Part shown: positions 1 to 21,304 of the stretch, in pieces
How the letters are laid out: the number at the start of each line of letters is the position of its first letter
Numbering within the stretch: position 1 is the first letter of the stretch
From: Balanoglossus misakiensis
Lineage: Eukaryota > Animalia > Hemichordata
NCBI GenBank assembly: GCA_040954595.2
Contig: CM082586.2
Coordinates: 5,876,509 to 5,940,508, forward strand
Direction of reading: 5' to 3'
DNA length: 64,000 nt
Program-made: the position numbers and the translations under genes
Notes under the pieces: model-generated
What the model was told of the DNA's origin: nothing
The model's input: only the letters and a program-made list of their open reading frames with translations
Database searches by the model: none

Positions 1-121
1 AAGATTCGTTTTTCACGAAAAGAGTGTTCCTAATTGAGTAATTCATCTTCAAGTTGGTGCCTTGTTTATGCTGAACACACCTAATGCGTACACTGCATTC
101 GGTATATTTTCCATCCTTCAG

Positions 122-10921
<10,800 letters not shown>

Positions 10922-11723
10922 TCATTGAAAAGCGGTACTGTATAGCGATGGTGTGTGTGTGTGAGAGGGCGGGGGAGTTCACCCGTATTGCATGTCGACG
11001 GCACAACTTGAAGTTTACAGCGAATGTCTGCTCCAATTTAGTGAATTTGGAAGATGCAACTCACCACCACCAATCATTCGACTTTTGGCCATGAAACGCG
11101 CCGTGTGTCGTAGGCCCAAGCGTCGGCGCGGTGTTAAATTTAGCAAGCCTATACACGAGAATATCAATTATTATTAGTGTCGATTGTGATGAAGTATTAT
11201 TATCCTACTTCCATAAATATTTATTCAGATGAACCTGCCATCAAGGTAAATATACTCATTGTATCAGAGTCACGCAGCATGACCAATTGACACAAGCGCC
11301 CTCTTTAGGAAGCAGCGTTGACAATCAACTCCAATACTCAAAGTAAACCGGTGTGTGTATTTGTAACGGAAGCTAAGCTCCAATTTTTAACGTGTCAATA
11401 TTATATTGTTGGATTCTTTTTATTGTACATAAACGTTGTACGAAGCCTGGTAGATATATTTGATATGCAACTTTTTATATTTATATAAAAAACGCCGCGC
11501 CCTTTCAGTGGAGAATTTATACAAAATAATTATGACAACATATGTCACAAGATAAATACGCTGTCGACGCCGTGTATTACCTTTTCATGGGTAGTGCACG
11601 GTGTAGTTGGGGTAAAATTGCACCCAAGCTGTTGCAAAGAAAGAGAGTATTAACTCTTTTCTCCCTGAAAACTAACACTGCCCTGAGGCGAGAATCCTAA
11701 GCAGCATCGATATTCTTGCCAAC

Positions 11724-11904
11724 AGACCATATTCCGCTCATTGCGAGATCTCGCGAGACTTGGTTAATTACCGTAGCAACGGGGTGCTGCTCAAATAATT
11801 CAAGTCAATCTCTGTGTCTGATGACACATACTGTTCTTCCATATAAACTGCTATTGTAGCCAAACGAGATCTCGCAGGGTCTCGCGGAGTTCGGAAAATG
11901 GTCT
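11724..11904. mobile_element. ~180-bp MITE with AGACCAT(A/T)TTCCG terminal inverted repeats; truncated copy at ~1865-1909
   Basis: AGACCATATTCCG ... CGGAAAATGGTCT. The internal GAGATCTCGCGAGACTTGG recurs at 1887-1905 with a similar left flank. Confidence 0.6.
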
Positions 11905-12579
11905 ATTTGAGTTTTTTAACCAGCTTTTTCTAATATTCAGTGTTGTCACAGAGATTTCAACTCGGTGAATCTACAGAAGTACTACGCTTTATTTCTTTTC
12001 TACTTTTAAATTACTTATGATACAATTCAGGGTTGATTTGGGGTGTTTTATTATTCGGGGCGCCGTGTATTTACACAAGATTCCACAGTATTGTACAAAC
12101 AATGTTTTAAAACAATGTTTTCTACATCTAACTCTAAGACATTTTAGCAATATAGATTGTAAATAATGATTATATTAATAAATTTGTCCTTGAATTTTAT
12201 ATATATTTTCGATTTGGGATCTTTTTACTTATCTTTTCAGTATAATATTGTAATTTCAAAATTATTACATTGATTTACTTATGAAATGTGGTCGGACTGG
12301 ACGTGGTCAAAAGCACTCTTTAGCATCTAGGTACACGTTACATGCATGGATGGTGGGATATATCTGGTATGTCTTCATGGAGCTATGCCAACTTACCGGA
12401 TGTAAATGGGTTTCGGAGCACTTCAAGTAGATCAACTGGGTCACAATATCGCATTTTTTTCGCGATAAAAAAAGATAACAAATCGATTTCCCAAGATTCC
12501 TGCAGTTTTATGTGTACACCAGTCTGAGGTCGCCAAAAGCTGCGTAAGTAGGCGTCATACAAACAGTCAACACCGAATC

Positions 12580-13928
12580 ATGTTGGATTCGCTGCCGCTC
12601 CTTCTCATCAGCCTACTACACTTGTCATGGGGTAAGTTTCAGATTAGTTACATTATTTACGTCATCTGTTAATTTCCATTTATATCATGTATACATATAG
12701 TAGTAATTCCACGTTATGAAAGCAGTAGGCACGAATATGCTTGACAATATTTAGTTTTAACACAGATATTTCGTACATTAAATATTTATAACAAATATTG
12801 TAAATTAATATTCATGTTCTCAGTAAAAATGAATAAGCTGAATGTCCACCATCGCTCCATTGCAGGTATATCTGTATCACAGGTTGACCCATGGAAGGTA
12901 AGTATGTACCAGACAAGTATATAGTCCAGCTATTTTATAACCCGATAAAAGGATGGAAAATATACATAATGTGGCCATTTTGTAGAAATAATTTATGCCT
13001 CTGTTTTCAAAAATGCGGTACAAACAGAAGATGAGATATAGATATGATGTCACACACGAGTACATTTCAAATGTTGGGGGCGGATATCCACAGTATTATT
13101 AGGCCTACACCAAACGTAATTCATGTAATAATTTTCGTGATACCTCCATTTGTCTAATATTCAAACTCAAGAATTTAAGTAAATTGGAATCTGTTGGAAA
13201 TTCCAGACTTGCAAATAGGTGGGAAAATAGCGAGTTGAACTGGTATTGTATTGAACCGATGGAAAATCGACAGGTGTTTATCACCAGATAATCAGTGTCA
13301 CGTGATAATACACAGACACAACCTATATACCAGGTGCACGTGTCTAACTTCAACATACCACCACTGTAGTGACCACTTCGCTGTAATAACAGTAGTTCTT
13401 CTGTGCTACCTCTGTCAGTTCTGTTTTACTGTCGGTAGAGTGTAACATTTTCTTCTTTCACTGTACCCAGAACAACGTCGTCGAATGTGGAGTGCAGGCC
13501 ATACAGCCATCCTCCGCCGATCCCGGCGCAGACATCGTTGGCGGCAGCCCCGCCACTCCGCACAGTTGGCCCTGGGCTGCCCAGCTGAAGTTCCAGGGCA
13601 GTCACTTCTGTGGAGGCTCCCTCATAGATCCGCAGTGGGTTGTGACGTCAGCACACTGCATGCAGGAGAAATGGTGAGCCAAGTCTGTCCCTATCAAGTG
13701 TCTCGTAAAAAAAACATTATGCAAAAATTAACGCAACGATGACAAAAGTACACCTGGACACCCAATAGGATTGACTGATTGGTTGGTTGGTTGGTTGGTT
13801 GGTTGGTGAATTGGTTGGTTAGTTGACTGGTTGGTTGTCGAGTGACTTATTGATCAATTGGTTGATTGATCGCTCACTGCCACGATAGATTGATTGATTG
13901 TTTCATTGATTGATTGATTGATTGTTTC

Positions 13929-13959
<31 letters not shown>

Positions 13960-14398
13960 TCAGGGCAACACTGACCAAAGTACACCTGGGATCTCACCAA
14001 AAGGACACACTGGATACCGGCGAGGTCGTCTCCAGTGTAAGCTTGGTTATTTCTCACCAATACTACGACGACTACTTCAACACCAACGACATCGCACTTC
14101 TAAAACTCTCATCAGCTGTGACGCTCACTGACTACGTGGATGTGATCTGCCTGGCCGGTTCCGACTACGCTGTGGGAACGGATGGCATCGTTGTTGGCTG
14201 GGGAGATACACAAGGTAGAAAACTTAAAAATCTTAACGATGAATTCTGAAATCCATGTGGGTCATTCATTGATGTGTTCACAGAAAATAGTGAAACTACT
14301 GTTTGCATTTCGACACAAACCACAGGAAATAGAGGAATTTTGTTGTTGCTGACGATAATGCTAGGAATGACAGTGTTTTAAAAAATATCGTCGTCTTC

Positions 14399-14459
<61 letters not shown>

Positions 14460-15032
14460 CCATCACCATCATCATCATCATCATCAAGATTCCTCTGTTC
14501 CTTGTGCTCAAACAGGCATACAGACAGACACACACGCGTGTAATTTTCATCCCCTTAAAATCTAGCTTTCTGTTTCAAAACAGCAACGTCCGATGGCACC
14601 GTTTTGAATGAGGTCACACTTCCCATTATACAGACGTCTGTATGCAATGGTACAGATATGTATGACGGCTGGATCTTTCCCGGAATGTTCTGTGCTGGTT
14701 TCGCTGCCGGAGGAAAAGACGCCTGCCAGGTACAATCTATAACAATTTCAATCTTGGGCATGTAGTCAAGGAGGGGGGGGGGGGGGGAGGGTCACAAAAT
14801 TGAGCTGATTTAACACACATGACAAATCCAAATATGCAAATTTTAGTTAAACTCTTTCCTCCTGCAGGGCGACAGTGGCGGCCCTTTCCAGATTCTGAAC
14901 ACAAACAATGCATGGGATCTGTACGGCGTGACAAGTTGGGGCGATGGGTGTGCGCAGGCAGACCGACCCGGGGTCTACACGCACGTACCCACTTACGTCG
15001 ACTGGATCTACGACACCATGCAAAGTAATTGA
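12580..15032 (+). CDS. Secreted trypsin-like serine protease (S1A), 282 aa
   Basis: Exons 12580-12631 (signal peptide [18 protein letters not shown]), 12866-12897, 13471-13673, 13964-14214, 14584-14729, 14868-15032, total 849 nt in frame. Motifs D-IVGG, TSAHC, NDIALL, KDACQ/GDSGGP, SWGDGCA. Confidence 0.9.
13770..13960. repeat. (TGGT)n and (TGAT)n microsatellites running up to a splice acceptor
   Basis: Direct reading; the TGAT array ends at TTTCAG (13963). Confidence 0.92.
14401..14486. repeat. (CAT)n trinucleotide microsatellite
   Basis: Near-perfect CAT array in trypsin intron 4; it is the source of the spurious poly-Met ORF. Confidence 0.95.
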
Positions 15033-17063
15033 TAGAACAATGATATACCAACGCATAATTGAAATATAATCATACAGTACCACGACTTAGAACTAATATT
15101 CATCCAGCCTGTATTTGTGTTTACTATAGATACAGTTTGCCAACAATATCACAATCTACATCAATGTGCACAATGAGCTTAGGACATACCTAGCATAGCA
15201 GTTCAACCGCAGAAACATGCATATTAAAAAAATCTGCAAACCAGGCACGATTTCAAGAGTATTTTATTCACTTCATTAACTCTACAAAGGTATCGTAAAT
15301 AAGGATTGATGTAATGTCACGCATATCTTCTGCATACAGTACAACTTAAATGTGTGCATTTTAATAACAGTGCAGTTTTATACTGTAAGTTTTCGCCCTC
15401 CTAAACATGTGGCTGATCATCATTGCCATATGCATAACCTCGTTATATATTTTGTAATGCCCCTAATTGTGCACTTTGACATGATATTCAAGAAATTATT
15501 GTCAAATCAAAGATTTCTGATAAACTTAAAAACTTAATTACAGGTAATTAAATTGATTTCTTAGCCTGACGAAGCATTCACAACTGCATGGCTATTGTAC
15601 TTGAGGATGCATCATTCAATGCTTTCTCTATATGGCTCTCCTCTTTAGCAGCAAGAGTCATAGAGGGCTTTGAACAAATTATCCTACATTGTACAAAAGC
15701 AACCTGCAGAGCTGGGTTAATGAATCTTGTTAGGAAAGAAAAATTAATAATTTAAAAAAGATCACAAACATCTACAACTTCAAACAAAATTGCCATCATG
15801 ATCTCACTCAAGGAAAAGTTAAAATACATGCGCGGTATAATTTTATCATTCACTGGTCAGCTTGTTGTGTGTGACCTGTCTGAAAAAAGGCTACATTTCA
15901 ATATGAAAAATGTGACTTGCTTGTATAAGTAGATATTGATATGTATGGCTCTAGTTTAAACAACAGCTGGTATACAGATTACTGGCACTGAATACATGTG
16001 TACATAACTGGTTTGATGGATTCTTGCATAATTTTGCCAAGCACGTGATTTGACGCAAGTTTCTTTACACTGTTCTGGAGAGAACATATTTTTCTGTACA
16101 CTTCATTCAGGATTTTTCTATTGAGTGGTATATAAATCACCATTGCTAATCATTTAACTACCAGATCTTGCACTTATGAGAATACATGTACCAGTGCGAG
16201 TGTTAATTATCAATGTTGACAGCAGTTTAACAATTGTAAATATTTTCTGACCAAACATACGTTTATTGTTTTGAAACTTCAAAAATATCTATTTTCAGCA
16301 CATTATTCACCCTCAAGTATTTTGTTCATTTACAATCTCAGAGTTTTGTCACACATACAGAAACCCTTTCAGCTTTTATAATCACCAAAACAAAAATTGA
16401 TAGAAGGAAAGGAAAAGAAAAGAAGCTATGTATGAACTCTGAAAAAGAATATTCTAAAAAAATTCAATCAAGGCTTTATCTGGTGGTTTGGAAAAAAGAT
16501 ACTTTATCATACGAGTCTCCATTCAGGATGTCGCCCAGTCACATCATCATGATGTCCAAATTTCAATGCAATGTCAAAATATGTGCAAGTTAATCACTTA
16601 AAAGTTCAATAATGGCATGGTTGATCATACTAACATACTGGCCAAAACATAAAACTTGGGTGAGTTTGTGAACCTGGTAAAGTGAAAGTATTTATCTATA
16701 ATTCGGCCAGGACTTCGATTATACCATTCTCTGATATATGGAAGACAGTGAAGAAAATCTTGATGTTTGTGTCATGATATTTACATAACGTAATAAGAAC
16801 ATGGGTTCTCTGGAAGCTACAATGTATCAATTGATTTTATTTCAAGGAAACACACAAGATCACCAATACTAATCAGTTACTAGGTTAAGATTTTCTGCAA
16901 ATATTTTGACATTGTGTCGCCACTGGTCAGCACTCGCAAAATGTGCCTGTACTGACTCTTACCGACTCTACATGATAAGCTGATAGTTATAGCTTGCTTG
17001 AATACACAGAAGCTGCCATGGTAACACTGCGATGGGTGACGACTGTGAGATGACTTGAATTTC

Positions 17064-20000
17064 TCACAGTGGACTGGTGGCTGTAGCTGTATAGGACTTC
17101 ACGCGCGAGAAGAAAAACGGTGGATACTTGTTTTTGTCGAGTTCGAATTCGGCCGTGTTTGTCTGGTTGGTAGATCTGGAATGCAAATGAAAAGGATGCA
17201 TTTAAGTTTAACACTTGCTTTAGCTAGAATACCTCAGAATAGAAAACGTTGTCAAAACTGTATGAACTGTGAATTTCACTAGATTGATCTAATCTTACTT
17301 GTGACAGGTATGACAGGAGTAGTGATCCCACATCAGTTTCGCCTGGGCTTTTCCTCCGACGCTGTGAACAACGAACTCCTGCAAACGGACACGGAAACAG
17401 ATTCTTGTAAGTTTATTGCACGAGCCTACAAACAACAGTAACCCTTTACATTTATCCCACGGTTACTTGCCTGATACAGAAAAGTCTAATTTCTGTCTGA
17501 AGAATCTATACTCACAACATGAAATGACTGTTCAGTTTCAAGTTGTGCGTTGTTTCTCTGCCTCCGATAACGTCTGAGCGCTCGGTCGTAAATCTTGATA
17601 TCCATCTTCTGCAAGACGGCAAAGACCTTGTCTCCAACAATCCTGTAATGTCCCGTCATAATTCCCGGCATCTTCGAATATTTAGTTCTCAGCTTGGGGA
17701 TGACAATGTATGGACCCTCTGGTGTGGTCAGCATCTGAATGTTTCCTGCAGACGACGAAAAGTGCTTTTTTATTTTATTATATTTCAAAAAAAATATTTC
17801 TGTGCTTTTCATATTTTTCTTCATCATACAGTCTAACCTGTTTAGTGGACACCTATCTATAGTGGAAACTTGCTTATATTGGCCACTTTGTTACAGTCCC
17901 TGTGTAAGTAACATGCACATTGATTGGCCTGTCTGACCAGTTTAGGAAAAGTCCCTCGACTAGCCACTACAGACAGGGTTTACTACATTTTAATACTTTT
18001 TGTATGATTGGCCGAAAAGACAGAAAAATACAGTAAAAGAAAATATACCGTCTGGAAACACGCGGATATATCTGTAGTATTCCACAGTATGCCAGGGTCT
18101 GTAGAACGAATCCAGAGATTGTTCGCCGTTGCGGACGTAGGTGGCTTTACTGATGTACACACCGTTGGATTTCAGGCGCGGTCTATCAATGAACATACAT
18201 CGCCAGGTCTTGTATTCTTTCAGCAGGTTGCAGTTGATTCCCCAAACGCTGAAATATTGCAGAGAGAGGTTATATGAAAGATTTGGAACTGGCACAAAAC
18301 TAATGTAGTATGGTTCCTGAAGGTACAGAGCGATTTTAAAGGCACAATTTTCAATCCCTGGTTCTCGCATTAACTCTTGTTGACATTGACTGTTTGTGTG
18401 GTGCAAATCTTTTGTTTTCTATTTAAATCTTTATCAAGTTAATACGTTTGCTTTTAGCACCTCGAGGTCCAACCCATAGAAAACAATGGATTTGGACTAT
18501 ATACCTTTGCATGTATTGTTGATAAATTTTCTAGAGTCCCCAGTGAGTTTGCTGTGTCAGTAGTCACATCATATGAACTTAAGAGGGCACACCGAGCACA
18601 AACATTTCACATTACCTGTTACAAGCCACTCTCCAGATCTCAGGATCTCTGGCACAGGCGTAGAAGCCACGACACACCAAAGACAGCTGTTCAAGAGATC
18701 TCAAATCGAGCTCCGTGGACACGACCCACCTAAAAATATACATCAATACTTCGACTGGTAGAGAAGAGATGTGGGTGGCCTAGGGAGAGAAGACACCAGG
18801 GAAATGTATTTATAAAATATGGTACAATGTAGGAAGGTTTTTCCGAAATGTAAAGCGGTAGAGTAGATAGACATGAAATGTGAAATTCACACACTAAGGT
18901 GCATTTTGTCTGAACTTGCTTGTCATATATGGTGAAGTATATGGCTACCCGTGCGAATAAACAGCATGTCTACTTACTGTCTGGGGAAACCTGGGTTCAC
19001 AGAGACATTTAGAATGTACTGTCAGGGACTGCAACTGCTGTGTGACATCTTCTAGCTCAGCGTCGTCTTGGAAACTGATACAGAAATGATAAAGATATTC
19101 ATACAAAGTTAGCTTATCAGATGCATGTAAAGATGAAGAGTTCTCTGTTGAAATATGAACAAGAATTTTATGACATGTTTTACATGTTATAATTATCTTA
19201 CCTGTCAGAGGTTTCAATCTCTTCATCTTCATCCTCTGCTGTCCCCAAAAAGAAGAAGAAATTATCAACATCATTATTCAAATGGTCTTTCTGTCCCAAT
19301 GTGGGGTACTTCATTTCATTTTGACACGAGTCTGGGAAAGTACCTGTAAAACACTTTATTTTCGCGAGTTGAAATTTTCGCGACACACAAAAGTGAATTC
19401 ATTTACACTGACCCACCTGCAGGCACCCCAGAACTTCCGCCAACATAATCAGTTATTTTGAATTCAACATCTGGCACCAACTGCACAGCTTGCCTGTAGT
19501 ACCTTATAGCTGGAGCAAATGAAACGATAGAGTTATTTCTACGGTCTCCTAGTGTATTATTTACTGATTGATAATTTTAGATTTCACACATTGCAAAAAA
19601 AAAAATAGATCATAAAATCATGGGTCCAATCGCTGTGTATTTCCTAATTTTCCAAAGCATATATCAATTCATTATGACAAACTTATATGTACATCTATGG
19701 TTTTATAACATGGATTTTGTCATTGTTAACTGACTGACTTTCGAAAAAGATCCTATTAAGATGCCCACCTTCATACAGGTCACCGTTTCTTTCAGCGTTG
19801 ACACCTTGCAGAAAAATGTGCTTGGCCTGAAGACGAGAATAGACGCTTCGTGAAATATGTGTATCTTGATAAAAGTGTAACTAAAATGATGCTTTTAATG
19901 AGCAAGTTTCTGGAGTTTATTATTTTGATATAATGTATATCTGATAACATGCAAAATGTGTCAAGTTCAAAAACACAGTTGTCTCACCTTCTCTTCAATG

Positions 20001-20914
20001 TTTTCTTGTCCTTCACTTCGATGGTTTCGGTTCACCGCACCGCTAGATTTTCCAGACTTGTTGGCCCCTCCGGACAGCTCAGCTTGCCACTTCTGACGAA
20101 AGCTGGACAGCTCCTCCTCAATCGAGGGGTTGTTGGCATTCTCCTGGTCCTCTTCCTCCTCTTGTTCTAACCCGTCTTCACGAAGTGGAACTATCCACTC
20201 ATTTGATGATGCCTGTAGCATGGCCATTTTAAATATACATGTATGTTATGTAGAGGTGGTGTCCAGGAGTGGTGTATGGAAAACCATGGAATAGGTTGTA
20301 TTCAAGTGTGTGAATGGCCATTTCTTGTGTGTGGTGGTGAATCAGTTCTAATTGGGCCAATGACCAATGATGCATAACAATAAACAGATTGTTATGTTAA
20401 TTGCACATTGTCTTGGGATAGCCAATTGGCCACTGTAGTTAATTGTTGTAGGGAGAACACTAGCTGTGGTATAGTAGTCATTAGAAAGGCGATCGATTGC
20501 CTGTACAGTAACACTCTTTTACATTCTTCTATTTTAATACGTATATGTTATTGTATGTACGTGCCAAAGTACCCGCAGACTTCTGTCACGTGTATGCCCT
20601 TTGACCCATAATATGTGATTAAAATGGCCCTCACCTCAATTGCAATGTACATCAGTGCGGAAAGGTTCAAACAAGAAAAGCAATCAAATGAACGTGGCTT
20701 TACGGGAATATCATGGGACTGCAAAACACACACAGCTTTAATATCAAGTATGACCTACTTTCAAAGGGAAATCGACGCACACAACAATTATTCATTTCAA
20801 ACACCTGGTACACGACTTGTTTACAATGTATGTGCAGAGTTCATATTCAGATCGCTGCGATGGAAAGCTTGCAACACACATAAAACGTATACTATGATTT
20901 GCTTTAGTTACCAT
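17064..20914 (-). CDS. FBXO9: F-box only protein 9 (SCF substrate receptor), ~432 aa
   Basis: Exons (minus): 20914-20912 (ATG|GTAACT), 20212-19988, 19826-19769, 19509-19417, 19238-19202, 19074-18978, 18779-18616, 18248-18049, 17745-17516, 17378-17299, 17175-17064, total 1299 nt in frame. F-box [41 protein letters not shown]-like [39 protein letters not shown] and C-terminal FFSRVKSYT match FBXO9. The first exon is less certain; an in-frame ATG at 20227 is an alternative. Confidence 0.92.
17829..17985. mobile_element. Tc1/mariner-like MITE remnant (TACAGTC...GACTGTA type); related partial copy at ~26935-27000
   Basis: Shared CCAGTTTAGGAAA(A)GTCCCT(C/T)GACT(A/G)G(C/T)CACTA(C/T)AGAC core in both places, with TA-CAGTC and GACTG-TA ends. 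Confidence 0.55.
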
Positions 20915-21304
20915 TATTTCAGTTTATCTGCCTCTTCGGCCAAATTTAAGCCTAGGAATCACGATCGGAATAGCGAACGACGCGGTCGCTATGTCGCACC
21001 ACCTTCTGCTCCATCGCCATCTTGGGTTAGAGCCAGAAAACAACAATAGTGAAATATTAGTAGTCCAAAATGCGTCATAAAAATTAAAACAATTTCAACG
21101 ACTTTGTATAGTCCAAAAGGTAAAATTAATCTCAATTTGTTTATTTAACGCTACACTTAGTATCTTTTGAAACAAATGGTATGATTACTTCGCAAAGTTG
21201 AACACACAGTCTACAATATTAAGAATCACAAAATGGCGGAAGAGTAGTGGGATGGGCCAGGGTTCTTATCAACATTTTCGTATTTTCGGACACACGACGA
21301 CAGA
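20915..21304. promoter_or_regulatory. Compact bidirectional promoter / 5' leaders of FBXO9 and EXOC3
   Basis: Divergent start codons ~390 bp apart. YY1-type AAGATGGCG on the minus strand (~21015-21023) and AAAATGGCGG on the plus strand (21230-21239). TAGTCCAAAA occurs twice (21061, 21109). Confidence 0.7.

Noticed and set aside
14296-14550. Poly-Met ORF on the minus strand
   Set aside because: It is the translation of an intronic (CAT)n microsatellite.
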